Notes: a model not told the origin generated them from the sequence alone. Numbered from the whole stretch's first letter, positions 24,615 to 38,384 are shown. The stretch is DNA of 63,853 bases, filler included, from Octopus bimaculoides (GCF_001194135.2; 5 parts of 5 records of this genome joined end to end with filler, not necessarily neighbours in it), one strand, 5' to 3'. Numbers and translations: made by a program.

Positions 24615-24855
24615 AGTGAGCTGGCAGAGTCTCTAGCGCGCTGGACGATCAAATTTCAAATTTCACCGAGGTCGACTTTGCTTTTCATTGTTTCGGGTCG
24701 ATAAATGTATGGATGAATTAATTTTAGCTCTACCCTTCCCATTCTTATAAACACCAAGTAACTATTTACTAGGGAAACACTAGGACTGATATAATCGATT
24801 ACTACCCTCCCCAAAATATCAAGCCTCGTGCTTCTACTAGAAAGGATATTATACA
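24615..24855 (+). mobile_element. SINE family A carrying an extra 61-bp module
   Basis: Head, core and tail recognisable; 24707-24767 matches 27831-27891. Confidence 0.7.
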
Positions 24856-25491
24856 TGTGAAATTGCTATACAATTTCATCTAAAATACTTAACACTATCA
24901 TTCCTAGCAACTTTAATTATGGACTTGTATAGGAAGAGAGTAATGCAGGGCAACATTCTTCAAGTATATATATATCATTTGTGATTTTGTGATGTTGAAG
25001 TGCACTAAACATCCCATTTAAGGATGTTTACAAGGCCTGCGTTCTTCTAGTCATGTACGGTTTATGTACTTTACCTAGATTCCTTGTGAGTGAGGCTTAT
25101 TTACGACATGCTAACGAAGAGGGAAGTATTGCATATTTGCAAATACAATATGAGTGTTTGTTGTCAGAGTATCAATAATATATAATTACTATTCAGAGCA
25201 AATATTATAGTATTGGAGAATAAGGAAGCTCAGCCATTGCTAATATTTAAGCACGATGTTCTCCATTACTAAACACTACAGCGGAATAGTGCGAGTAAAA
25301 TTTCAATGAAATGGATAGTCGGGATAGTGTAGACATTTACATTATATTATTGAAATCGGTGTCTGCTATTTTGTGATATAAAGGAGATTTAGCTGATTTT
25401 TCTACCAAATCGAGTGATCCCGTTGAGCCATAATCTTTGGTTACACAGCGGTTAGGCGCAGGTATGACCATGTGGTAAGAAGCTCGCTTCC

Positions 25492-27148
25492 GGTGAACAG
25501 AGGTGGATGTGGGCCATCTGTGCTCCGTCCAATTAATGATCTTTTCGAACTTTATGGAAAAAAAAGTGAACAGTGAAGCCACTCTCTTGGAGTAGGATGT
25601 TATACCACTCAAGCAGTGGGTGAGAGAGACGGAAAAGAGGACAGTGGTCTTGCGGACCTATTCGAGTTCACGCAATGCCATTGCCCTCTTTAACAAAGAA
25701 ACGATACAGAAGGAGCTGGCGGCTTGTCTGCTAGCGAAGAACTTTTTTGCCTCAAGAGGAGTCAAATTTGCAACGGTGAGGTCGCTGTTTGACTCCCCCG
25801 AAGAGGCTGGCACTGCAGCGAGCCAACCATTACAGGGGGAGGAGATTTCTTTCCCCCCCACTTATTGTGGAAAAAAAATTGTGAGAGCCTGGGTATGCGG
25901 ACTTCCCCCAGGTACTGAATCTGGATGGATCACAGAGGCCATCCGGCGGGGCTTGGGAGACAGTGGACCCAGGCTACTAAATGTAGACGTGGCTCCCGCA
26001 GTTGACTGGGAAGGGTCAAAGGCAACTTTGACCCCATGGACTCCGGTAGCTGTGGGAGATATTGTATTTCCGGACTTCCTAAAGATGACTGGCTGCAGGT
26101 ATCCGGTGATACTTGAGGGTCGGCAACCTAGATGTCACCGGTGTCTGNNNNNNNNNNNNNNNNNNNNNNNNNNNNNNNNNNNNNNNNNNNNNNNNNNNNN
26201 NNNNNNNNNNNNNNNNNNNNNNNNNNNNNNNNNNNNNNNNNNNNNNNNNNNNNNNNNNNNNNNNNNNNNNNNNNNNNNNNNNNNNNNNNNNNNNNNNNNN
26301 NNNNNNNNNNNNNNNNNNNNNNNNNNNNNNNNNNNNNNNNNNNNNNNNNNNNNNNNNNNNNNNNNNNNNNNNNNNNNNNNNNNNNNNNNNNNNNNNNNNN
26401 NNNNNNNNNNNNNNNNNNNNNNNNNNNNNNNNNNNNNNNNNNNNNNNNNNNNNNNNNNNNNNNNNNNNNNNNNNNNNNNNNNNNNNNNNNNNNNNNNNNN
26501 NNNNNNNNNNNNNNNNNNNNNNNNNNNNNNNNNNNNNNNNNNNNNNNNNNNNNNNNNNNNNNNNNNNNNNNNNNNNNNNNNNNNNNNNNNNNNNNNNNNN
26601 NNNNNNNNNNNNNNNNNNNNNNNNNNNNNNNNNNAGAAAAAGAATTAGAAAAGAGTCTTAGGGGAGAGGCCATGACCTGCATACAGGATCCCGAGTGGCC
26701 TCCGCAGATAGCTGTAGAGGTCACAACGTGGGACGTAGCGAAGAAATTTTTTGATTTCAAAGAAATATTCTTCACGGCGCCGGGCAATGCCGACACGCCA
26801 CTCGAGGAGTGCCTAGAGAGGGCGTGGGCGTTAGTGAAAAGAGGTTGTAGATATGAGGAGGCTAAAAGCCCCAGTGAATTATATGAATATTTATAAGTGG
26901 CTTGTTGCCTCATATAAAGAGGAAGAACATTTGTGTTTATAATTTGTTTTACAAATTTGACCGACATGTATTGAACAAAGTTTTAGAGAGGTTATCAATC
27001 GGTGGGCGCTGGTGCCTCTCCCATTTTCATTTTTTCTTGTGTATTCATCTCCATTCATTAATGTCCGCGTCCAGCCCGTTGCTTCTTCGTTTGTCTGTCT
27101 TTGTTTGTCCCATCTATGTAACTCCGTATGGCGAATTTTTATGAAATA
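25492..27148 (+). mobile_element. TSD-flanked non-LTR retroelement apparently encoding only ORF1
   Basis: 15-bp TSD AAGAAGCTYGCTTCC (25477-25491 / 27149-27163), one long ORF, ~250-bp 3' UTR ending TTTTTATGAAATA; contains a 487-N gap. Confidence 0.8.
25554..26896 (+). pseudogene. L1/Tx1-like ORF1 (gag-like, zinc-knuckle start), interrupted by one stop and a gap
   Basis: ATG 25554 (MEKKVNSEATLLE), in-frame TAG at 25593, then open to YPVILEGRQPRCHRC at the gap. After the gap an open frame runs to a stop at 26896; continuity across the gap is inferred. Confidence 0.65.
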
Positions 27149-27338
27149 AAGAAGCTTGCTTCCCAAACATATGGTACCGGGTTCAGGCCTATTGCGTGAC
27201 GCCCTGGCAAGTTTCTTCAACTGTAGCCTCGAACCGACCAGATCAATGCCTTGTCAGTAGATTGGGTAGACGAAAACTGAAAGAAACCCGTCATATAAAT
27301 ACACACACATACACATGCACACGCACACTCAGCCACGC

Positions 27339-27408
<70 letters not shown>

Positions 27409-28344
27409 ACCGCTACATGAGTACAAATCTTGTATATAAATGTACCGTGCACATAAGGAAAAGGGCCGTATGTTTACACTGGACAGACAGCTGATTCGTT
27501 TAAGAATCGTTATCGCAACCATGTTGCCACCTTCAAGAGAATCAATAAGAGACATTCAATATCTTTGGCCGATTTTGTATGGTGTCTGAAGGAAGATAAA
27601 ATTAAGTATAATGTAACTTAGTCTATAGTAAAGCACACAAAACCATACAATATCATTCCAGGAGCTGCCCATTATGCTCCGAGGAATCCCTATTTATTCT
27701 GCGAACCAGTGAGAAGATCATTAATAGAATTTCTGGAAGGCTCTCAAGATGCCTACTCTCATATAAATGTACTTTCGCACAATGCAGTGAGAATGAATTC
27801 GAGTAACAGTTAACATAAAATTACTTTAAGGTATGGATGAATTAAGTTTAGCTTTAACCTCCCCATTCTTATAAACACCAAGTAGCTATTTGACATTTTC
27901 GCGGATGCTTGTATGAGCGAGTGTGAACTTTTATACCTCCAAATCTGTTAACGGTTATTTTTAATACTTTTCTCGCTGTATTACATGTTTGTTTCTTTTT
28001 TGCTTCTGTGATTTTATATTTGATTTTCTATATAAATGAAGATATTTACTTCGTTTTGCTGCTTTTCTTTTTACGAAATAAGAAGATACATTTGTATCTA
28101 TTTTCACGCGATGAGTCACATCNNNNNNNNNNNNNNNNNNNNNNNNNNNNNNNNNNNNNNNNNNNNNNNNNNNNNNNNNNNNNNNNNNNNNNNNNNNNNN
28201 NNNNNNNNNNNNNNNNNNNNNNNNNNNNNNNNNNNNNNNNNNNNNNNNNNNNNNNNNNNNNNNNNNNNNNNNNNNNNNNNNNNNNNNNNNNNNNNNNNNN
28301 NNNNNNNNNNNNNNNNNNNNNNNNNNNNNNNNTATATATGCGTG

Positions 28345-28572
28345 TGTCTGTATGTATCTATGTGTATGCGTCTTTGTATCTGTGATCGTACCCCGCCACC
28401 ACTTAACAACGAGTGTTTGTGTGTTTGACAAAGCGGTTCGGCGAAAGAGAGCGATAGAAAAAGTACCAGGCTTAAGAAAAACAAAAGTACTGGAGTCGAT
28501 TCATTCGACTAAAAGAATTGTTCAAGGCGGTACCCTAATAATGGCCGCCGTCTAATGATTGAAACAAATAAA
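28345..28572 (+). mobile_element. SINE family B, 3' half
   Basis: AGCGGTTCGGCGAAAGAGAGCGATAGAA..GGCGGTACCCTAATAATGGCCGCCGTCTAATGATTGAAAC. Confidence 0.75.
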
Positions 28573-30178
28573 ATTGGTAAATTATATGAAACCAATACAA
28601 GGAGTGATTTACTTCGGAAACACTTGTAAATGCTAAAAGATTTCCTGAAATGTTAATTAAAATTGTTGCTCTTCACCCATTTTCTGAAGTGGGTATCTGT
28701 ATTTCTCCACCCCAAATCCAGGTTGTTTGCTTTTTGCACATATATCTGCATAGCTTGGTGGTTTTAGACCAAGTTTCCTATAAATTCATTAACGGATTGT
28801 TTTGTTAATAATGCACTCAACAATTCTTGATCTATTTCCATGCAGCATTTAGATACAGTATCTCACTGTTCAAGTATCTTGAACAAAAATACTTTGTTAC
28901 GTATGATAGTTTTCACTGCATTATAAGAAAATATCTATGTTTAAAGTGCGTTGACTACCTGGGAAAAAAATGACGGAAGTAGAAATGTTTCATTCACATA
29001 ATCTTGTTACTTTATTCGAAAATGTCATTTTAGTTAGTTTTGTTCCCAGTGGGTTAACCAAACCGATTTTCACTGTTCAGAAAACGAGTAAATCAAATTG
29101 CTGTGTGATAAGGCTTAGCCATAACAATCTTATATTACACAAATGTTAAATGGGTATAAAGACAACTACATATATGTTGTAGATTGCGCATATCGTTAAA
29201 CAACTAGAAATAAATAGAAATGTTAATGAAAAGAAAAATATCAAGTAAAATATACGCTTGAGACAAAATTTCTCTTGGCGATTGAAATGGAAATTAGCGT
29301 CTTGTTCCCGTACATTACATTTGGTTGTTATTTTTTGAGGCACTTTCATCTTGTTATTTCTATTTCCTTTCGACAAGTAGTCAAATGTACTTATTCTGAG
29401 ACAATTTTCTGATTCTATCACACGGTTGCTTGACATCAGACAGTTGTGTAGTATTTTGAACACTACACAAATCCTTCCGTTTCTCTGACTTAAAACTAGT
29501 CACTATTGCTGAAATTACATTTTTCTTCGCTATCAGCGATTACTAGAAAATTTGAAATGTGTCGTTTTGAAAGTAAAAATCAATTCTATCTCTCTTTCTG
29601 GTTCTTCTAAATACCATACTTTACATCAAAAACAAAATACATTTCAATGATGAACATGCATAACTGATTTCTTTGAATTTGCTCTTACCTTCTCTCTTCT
29701 TTGGTTATGCGATTATAATCAAAAACACCTAGTTTGATATAAAAGCGATAAAATCAATGACTAACGACGTCTACAGCTGCATATGTCTGGCTCATTTGCA
29801 CTTTTAACCTGTTATCTAAATGTTCAAATTCAAAACCTATCATTAAATTTAGTTACGTATGTATCAATTTGACATTGTAAATGGGATGAACACACGCCCT
29901 TAGATAATTAAAAAAAAAATTATATATATATNNNNNNNNNNNNNNNNNNNNNNNNNNNNNNNNNNNNNNNNNNNNNNNNNNNNNNNNNNNNNNNNNNNNN
30001 NNNNNNNNNNNNNNNNNNNNNNNNNNNNNNNNNNNNNNNNNNNNNNNNNNNNNNNNNNNNNNNNNNNNNNNNNNNNNNNNNNNNNNNNNNNNNNNNNNNN
30101 NNNNNNNNNNNNNNNNNNNNNNNNNNNNNNNNNNNNNNNNNNNNNNNNNNNNNNNNNNNNNNNNNNNNNNNNNTCTCA

Positions 30179-30209
<31 letters not shown>

Positions 30210-30466
30210 ATATGTGTATGTGTACACATACATAACCATACAGAAACACACACACAAATATCTGTGCATAATAAAAAGTTAAGTACGCGTTCATTTATTA
30301 TGTACGCGTTCATAGTTATTTTGGTTGCATATGTAACGATATACACACACACATATAAATGCACATACGTATTCGTTTACATATATACACAGTTACATGT
30401 AAAAATATAAAAGCATACACACGCGCACACAAACACATCCAAAAACAAACTCAGACTCACAAACAC

Positions 30467-30502
<36 letters not shown>

Positions 30503-30966
30503 GTATATATATGAATAAAAGCAGAGGAAAATGAATGCAACCTATATTTTATCTCCATATTTATTTTCCCATTGACTGTTTTTAAGAATGTATGTGACCA
30601 TAGTGGAACTAACTGGGTTCCATCTAATTAAATGTACAGGATAGAAATCAATATTGCTTTAATTACAACGCAGTAGTTTTTGCTGTTTCAAATGTTTTAA
30701 TGATAATAAAACTTTAGATTAAACTTTGAAATAAAGTAATATTTAATCGTTGGTTTATACTGGCAGTCGTTCCTACAGATACGATTAACTGTGTAGAGTA
30801 AGTATGACTACCAGTGCGTGGTTCGAATAACTTCTTTTATATAAATGTTTAAGATATATACTGCATTTCTGAAAATATCTCACAGTTTAGTTAACCAATT
30901 AAACATTGTATTCAAAACTTGTTAGGCAACGTTATGAGTTATGTCGTAAGATTCAACACCACAATA

Positions 30967-31026
<60 letters not shown>

Positions 31027-31617
31027 CGTTGTTATTATCAATAATAGTAATAATAATATTAATAATAATAATAATAATCATAATAATAATAATAATAATA
31101 ATAATAATTATTATTATTATTATTATAATCCTTTCTACTAAATTTGATTGATGTTGGTGTACAACCGAACAATTAAACAAAAGATTTAATGGGCACAGAT
31201 ATGTCGCCAGGCACAATAACAGGTGTTCAATGGAACTTGCTGAACATTTTGTATCAAACGGCTGAAATTTTTAGAAACACTTGAAAGCGTATATTTTCAG
31301 AAAATATTTGAATCTGCTACGATTTCAGTAATCAGAATTTCATGAGGAGAAATATATTTGCGGCTTATTAACATCACGCCATGAAGGAATGAATAGAATG
31401 ACAGGACAATTTCATCATATGTACACAAAATAGTCTGATTAAATATTCTTTGTTTTCTTTTCTCTTTAATTTTTTTTTATTCCTTTTCTTTCTTTTTCCT
31501 TTTGCCAGTTGTAAACTTGAAATTTGAAAACTGATGATGTTATTCCACGCTGGTTGCTCTCGTTCATATTTTGGATTTGAATTTCTATAATTTTGAATTT
31601 TCACCACTTTTAACTTT

Positions 31618-31656
31618 GAACTCCACGAAGACACACTAGCTGTCGAAATATCGTTC
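31618..31656 (+). ncRNA. Hammerhead-topology motif with aberrant 5' core
   Basis: gaac-TCCACGAA-GACA-cactagc-TGTC-GAAA-TA-TC-gttc. Confidence 0.4.
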
Positions 31657-31744
31657 AACGAATAAAATATCTATTGCAATCGCATCTCTCTCCTCGTATT
31701 GTCTATTTACCATTGTGAAGAGTTACGTCAATCCTTTGATAATA

Positions 31745-31749
<5 letters not shown>

Positions 31750-31780
<31 letters not shown>

Positions 31781-31855
31781 GTAGTAGTAGTAGTAGTAGT
31801 AGTAGTAATAGTAGTAGTAGTAGTAGTAATAATAATAATAATAGCTGTAGTAGTA

Positions 31856-31893
<38 letters not shown>
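31750..31893. repeat. Compound (AAT)n/(AGT)n microsatellite
   Basis: Directly visible. Confidence 0.95.
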
Positions 31894-31894
<1 letters not shown>

Positions 31895-32553
31895 TATTTT
31901 GCATTTGCCTTTGCTTCACACAAGCCTCAACTAGAGACGTCAAGAGACAAAATTTTCTGCCTAATGATGGTAATAGGTGAGGTGTCATATAACTGAAAAA
32001 CGGACGTTTGTGAGTAAAACAAAATCACTTTTATAAAATTTATAACATTGTAGGAATAAAACTGTATTTACACGAAGAGAAATTTACGTAAGGCGGCCGG
32101 AATCCGATTTACATATCTGTTTGCTGTTTTGAATAACATTGCAGTTCTCAAATAAGAATAGGTTATGATGCTCTGAGATACCAGATTCTTCCAATTTCTA
32201 ATTTCCTAACTTTAAGTCCTTGTATTTGCTCAATCTTGAGAGGTGACTTTGACATCTAGGGATGCAACAGACAAATGTTTTCACCATGTTCTTGTTAAAA
32301 TGATATATGGTTGGTAGTCTGTGTCTCCCAATCAGTCTGGACACTAAAATTACATAGGATGCTAAGTTCAGCATTTTTGGAAACGTGTAGTGGTTTGTGT
32401 TCCCGTCCATTATCTATAGGAATGTAGCTGTATGTGCGTTATATTGACCAGTATGCTAGGTGCATACCAGGTTTTGAGACTTTTGTTTTTAGGAGAGGCG
32501 TTTATATCTGTCCTACATTATTGTAATTTTAGTATATCTTTATTATATATGTA

Positions 32554-33285
32554 CTAATGGGACCTTCCAACTATGTTTTTTTTTTATTCCAAATCGAAGG
32601 AGACAGATGTAACAACACTTTGAATACACCCACCAAAACAATGCCTCTCGCAGCCAACTAGTCTCCAGAATGCAGTCGGAACGTGAAGACAATTTGGGAG
32701 CCCACGATGCAATAAAGTTGTGTGTTAAACAGAGCAGAAGTGCTACAGGATCTTATGAAAGGTTCTAGATAGCTTATGAATGAACTTTTATGGGCTGAGC
32801 ATCCGGTTTTAGCTGGCACAAGAGATTCAAGGATGACAGAGAGGAGGTATGAGACGTTCAGAGATGTAGGAAGGAGAGGGAGAAAATTATCCCTTTTCTG
32901 GATGAAGACCGTTGTGTACATATATAGTCAATAAGCATACCATTTGAATTTGGTGTGGCAACTGTACATGGAATTAATAGTAAACATCTGAACATACGCA
33001 AACTTTGTGCAAAGTTTGCTCCCGAGATGCTCAAAGGGAAGATCTTTAGTGATAACAGGAAAATAGCTTGAGCTCATTACCTCCAATCCAAGAGTATTTG
33101 AGTCACTTATGACCTGTGGCGAAAGCAAACTGGATCAACTGTTATGATCCAAGTATAAGAGACAAAGTCTCCAATGGAAGGATTTTGGCTCCTCTAGACC
33201 CAAGAAGGCCAGGCAAAAGAAGTCCACCGAGAAGCTCCCGATGATTCTCTTTTTGGACAGCAAGAGCATCATCCAAGTCTCAACC
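32554..33285 (+). mobile_element. Degraded mariner transposon (5' half of transposase)
   Basis: AIKLC..WHKRFKDDREEV..LNIRKLCAKFAPEML..MTCGES..CYDP..RQSLQWK..RPKKARQKKS..MILFLDSKSII, including the WVPR-like and first D-motif regions. Confidence 0.85.
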
Positions 33286-33463
33286 AGAGACTTCAAGAGA
33301 CAACAAGTTAGAAGTTCATGTAGGTGTTATACCTAGGGTACCATATATTTGGATTTGTACAGTTTTGTTCAAGTGAATGTTTAAGAAACCATAAGAAAAT
33401 TATGTGTTTGCTTTAAAATTTGAGATCACATAAACAGTATTTTACGTAGGATATGGGCAGTTC

Positions 33464-33563
33464 NNNNNNNNNNNNNNNNNNNNNNNNNNNNNNNNNNNNN
33501 NNNNNNNTTAATTAATTAANNNNNNNNNNNNNNNNNNNNNNNNNNNNNNNNNNNNNNNNNNNN
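33464..33563. other. Artificial scaffold join (44N-TTAATTAATTAA-44N)
   Basis: Same 100-bp linker. Confidence 0.95.
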
Positions 33564-34301
33564 AGACACACATACATATTTAAGTATATATGCGTGAGTG
33601 TGTGTTTATGTATGTATGCATTTCGATCCGTCTGTCTGTATGTGTGAATATAAGTATGTAGGTATGTGTGTGTGTGTTTATATTAAATAGAAACATATGC
33701 GTGTAGATAAACAAGAAATTAAAAGGAGGTTAAGTGTCCAGACCCTTCCTGAGAACTGCAACCAACTAATCTGTCACACGTTGATCCCTTTCTCTATTAT
33801 TCTGTCGACCATTTACCATTTCTCATTCCAACATAATAATTCCATTTAGGAAACGTTTCGGTAATCCCATCTCTTTTACGTATTTGGTTCATATTGTTGC
33901 TGTCGTTGTTCTTGTCGTTGTACTCATCGTTTTCGTAGTTGTAGACGTTGACTCCTGGATCAACCTTTTGTAATTTTTATATCGCAATTCCAGACCAATA
34001 GCATCGGTCGGTGCTGACAGGTTTCCATCAAATCGATCGATGGTCCACTGAAGCTTTTGATGGTGAGAACGGTGATGAGGAAGACGAGAGTTGTAACTCG
34101 GCGCACAAAAAATATGTAAAAAAAAAAAAAAAAAAATTTCGGTCGAACAGGCAGAACATTTTTGGTGTTCATGCTCATGGCTTCGATCCGAAATCGATCG
34201 TACTTAGAAGGAGAATTAAAGACGTATTCATGCAAAAAGAAGTACTTGCGCGCACGCGTGTGTGAGTACATACACACAGAGGCATTTATCTACTTCCGCA
34301 G

Positions 34302-34346
<45 letters not shown>

Positions 34347-34354
34347 ACACAGGA

Positions 34355-34590
34355 GTAGCTGTTTGGACAAAAAGCAAATTCGCACAGTTTTCGTATTCCA
34401 GTTCAAGCTAGGCCGAAAAGCTGCTGAAACAGCTCACGATATCAACGATGGGTTTGGCCCAGGAACCACTAATGAACGTACAGTACAATGGTGGTTCAAG
34501 AAATTTCGTAGCGGTGACGAGAGTCTTGAAGATGATAAGCGTAGTGGTCGGCCATCGGATGTTGACAACGATCAACTAAGAACCTTAGGG
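34355..34590 (+). mobile_element. Mariner (Hsmar1-like) transposase N-terminal fragment
   Basis: DKKQIRTVFVFQFKLGRKAAETAHDINDGFGPGTTNERTVQWWFKKFRSGDESLEDDKRSGRPSDVDNDQLR. Confidence 0.9.
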
Positions 34591-35544
34591 TTGGCCGTCT
34601 GGAAATATTTTTATAAATTCATGTTCTAAGAAATTTCCTATAATTTCGATTTTTCAAGTTTACTGAATTTTTCAGCTCCAATTTCTCACAAATTTAAATA
34701 TTCATTGGATTCACTGCGTCCAATTCTTCACAAATTTAACTATNNNNNNNNNNNNNNNNNNNNNNNNNNNNNNNNNNNNNNNNNNNNNNNNNNNNNNNNN
34801 NNNNNNNNNNNNNNNNNNNNNNNNNNNNNNNNNNNNNNNNNNNNNNNNNNNNNNNNNNNNNNNNNNNNNNNNNNNNNNNNNNNNNNNNNNNNNNNNNNNN
34901 NNNNNNNNNNNNNNNNNNNNNNNNNNNNNNNNNNNNNNNNNNNNNNNNNNNNNNNNNNNNNNNNNNNNNNNNNNNNNNNNNNNNNNNNNNNNNNNNNNNN
35001 NNNNNNNNNNNNNNNNNNNNNNNNNNNNNNNNNNNNNNNNNNNNNNNNNNNNNNNNNNNNNNNNNNNNNNNNNNNNNNNNNNNNNNNNNNNNNNNNNNNN
35101 NNNNNNNNNNNNNNNNNNNNNNNNNNNNNNNNNNNNNNNNNNNNNNNNNNNNNNNNNNNNNNNNNNNNNNNNNNNNNNNNNNNNNNNNNNNNNNNNNNNN
35201 NNNNNNNNNNNNNNNNNNNNNNNNNNNNNNNNNNNNNNNNNNNNNNNNNNNNNNNNNNNNNNNNNNNNNNNNNNNNNNNNNNNNNNNNNNNNNNNNNNNN
35301 NNNNNNNNNNNNNNNNNNNNNNNNNNNNNNNNNNNNNNNNNNNNNNNNNNNNNNNNNNNNNNNNNNNNNNNNNNNNNNNNNNNNNNNNNNNNNNNNNNNN
35401 NNNNNNNNNNNNNNNNNNNNNNNNNNNNNNNNNNNNNNNNNNNNNNNNNNNNNNNNNNNNNNNNNNNNNNNNNNNNNNNNNNNNNNNNNNNNNNNNNNNN
35501 NNNNNNNNNNNNNNNNNNNNNNNNNNNNNNNNNNNNNNNNNNNN

Positions 35545-35576
<32 letters not shown>

Positions 35577-35926
35577 CATACTGCAAAGTTTACAGATAGG
35601 CTGCTGAATTGAAATCTCTATGTTGCTTTGAGGGGAAAGTAAAACTTGACAAACTACTTTTCCCCCTATTGTTGGACTACCATGATGTTTGTTTAAGAAA
35701 GATTATGACTGTGATAAAATAACGAAAGCAATATTTACTAAGCAAGTGAGCACTGTTATACAAAGAAATAATTAGACATAAAATATCATAAAAATTACTA
35801 GACTTGCGAATCAAATGTGAAAATATTATCAAGGGGCTAGCTGAAAACCTCCCGGAGGGCAGTCTTTCTACTAGAACATATAATGTATCTGTACATATGT
35901 ATACATACATGTACATTTATATGTAT

Positions 35927-35999
<73 letters not shown>

Positions 36000-36300
36000 T
36001 GTGTGTGTGGAGGAGTTGTGTGAGTGGATGTGTAGGAAGGGATGTATCTATACATATGTGTTTACACTGTATTTCATTGTGCCTCTCTATATGTGTGTAT
36101 ATGTATATATAGATAAGTGTGTGTGTGCGTGCGTGTTTGTGTGTATGTGTGTGTGTGTGTGTGTGTAAATATATATGTACGTATGTATGCATGTATGTAT
36201 AATATTGGAATATTGGTCTCGAAGCGTACGTGAAGCTGTAAATAATACACACACACACACACACACATACACACACACACACACACACACNNNNNNNNNN

Positions 36301-36344
<44 letters not shown>

Positions 36345-36860
36345 CAATTGCGCATACGTATGTACAAACATAGATAAATACACACACATAGTACTTACAT
36401 ACAGACATACATACATACACACATACATACATACATACATACATACACACATACATAGACAGACATACATACAGACAGACAGATGTTTTCAAATTTAACA
36501 CAATAAATGACAGCCTCTATCGATGATAGTAACGATTATAACAAAGCTAAAACAGATACGTGGTTTTTTATCCATATTAATTGCCCTTTGAACCTAATTA
36601 AACGCTAATTAGTTGAAAAGTTTAAAACCCCTGCATAATAGAATATTAGTTCTCATGCTTATTAACTATTCTGTTTGATAAAACATTAAAATATATTACA
36701 ACCTTTTATGCGTGTCTTTATTATCCTCATCTTTCATCACTATTGGCTTTACCTTTGTCTTCCTCCCTTCCTTTCTATCTTTCTTTCTTTCTTTCTTTCT
36801 TCCTTTCTTTTCTTTCGTTCTTTATTTCTTTATTTCACTATCCTCCTAGTATCCACTCGA

Positions 36861-36918
<58 letters not shown>

Positions 36919-36977
36919 CATTCTCTGCTTATTCGCCCTTTTGCAAATATACATGTATACATACATATGCCCGTACG

Positions 36978-37029
<52 letters not shown>

Positions 37030-37140
37030 NNNNNNNNNNNNNNNNNNNNNNNNNNNNNNNNNNNNNNNNNNNNNNNNNNNNNNNNNNNNNNNNNNNNNNN
37101 NNNNNNNNNNNNNNNNNNNNNNNNNNNNNNNNNNNNNNNN

Positions 37141-37176
<36 letters not shown>

Positions 37177-37454
37177 AATAATATATAGATATATGCATAT
37201 ATCCATACATATATGTACATACCTACATCTATATGTATACATACATGCATATATGGGTACAAGACATAAAAAAAAAAACGTTAAACACAATGAGAAACGA
37301 AAACAGAAAACGAACTTTTTTCGAACAACGAAAAAAACAAACAGAGAAACGAGACATGCAACATAAAGAGTATAACCCTTCGTCAGTTATCCCTGTTCCA
37401 TCTATTCCGCGTTTCGAAGGCAAGGACAATACGCGACTACTGAAAATAATAATA

Positions 37455-37675
37455 ATAATAATAATAGCGTCAAATTTTGCCACAAGGGCAGCAATTTTGG
37501 GGAAGGGGTGAGTCAATTACATCGACCCCAGTGTTCAACTGGTACCAACTTTATCGACACCGAAAGGATGAAAGGTAAAGTCGACATCGGCGGAATTTGA
37601 ACACAGAACGTAGCGGCAGACGAAATACCGCTAAGCATTTTGTCCAGCGCGCTAACTATTCAGCCATCTCGCCGC
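37455..37675 (-). mobile_element. SINE family A (tail type 2), flanked by (AAT)n
   Basis: Reverse complement collinear with the 38385 copy through the core, with a different tail. Confidence 0.85.
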
Positions 37676-37686
37676 GTTAAGAACAA

Positions 37687-37789
<103 letters not shown>

Positions 37790-38384
37790 GTAGTAACGAT
37801 AATAGATTTTCTTTACTAATAAAGGATGATATATTTGGCGATAGCAAGATTCATGAAATCGATAACCATTCAATAAACATATCAGACAAATATTCCAAAC
37901 CAAATCCCGATGGGATGAGGGGAAGGGGTGGGAGTGACTGAAAATGGGCGAAGAATTCGCAACAGTCGTTGCTTCTCTTCTTTTGTATTGTATATTTATT
38001 GTTATCATCATTAGTGAAAGTTTGGTGTTGTTGTTTTTGTTGTTGACGAAATAGGCATGAAACGAAGATCTAGATAAAACACACTTTACTAATCGATTTA
38101 TAAAAAGTTAATAGGTTTCCATCGATTGCAATCACGATAATGAGAATGATGATGACGATGATGATGATGATGATGATGACATTAAGGATGGTGATAATGA
38201 TAACGAGGAATACAACGATGACGATTACAATAACACTACCACCAACAACAATAACAACAATAATAGTAATAATTGTTTTTCAATTTTGACAAAAGGCCAA
38301 CAATTTGGAGAGAAGAAAGTCAGACGATGCCATCTACGCCAGTAGATTACTGGTACTGTATTAGCACAGAAGCATCATTAGCAA

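Larger units (their letters stand above)
25453..27310 (+). mobile_element. SINE family B 5' part, split by a 1.66-kb insertion
   Basis: TAGGCGCAGG..TGGTAAGAAGCTCGCTTCC (25453-25491) resumes as AAGAAGCTTGCTTCCCAAAC..GGGTTCAGG (27149 onward). Confidence 0.85.

Noticed and set aside
34011-34265. Acidic/basic 84-aa ORF with a poly-A tract (possible exon or retrocopy)
   Set aside because: The poly-K comes from an A homopolymer; no TSD, splice sites or known motif.
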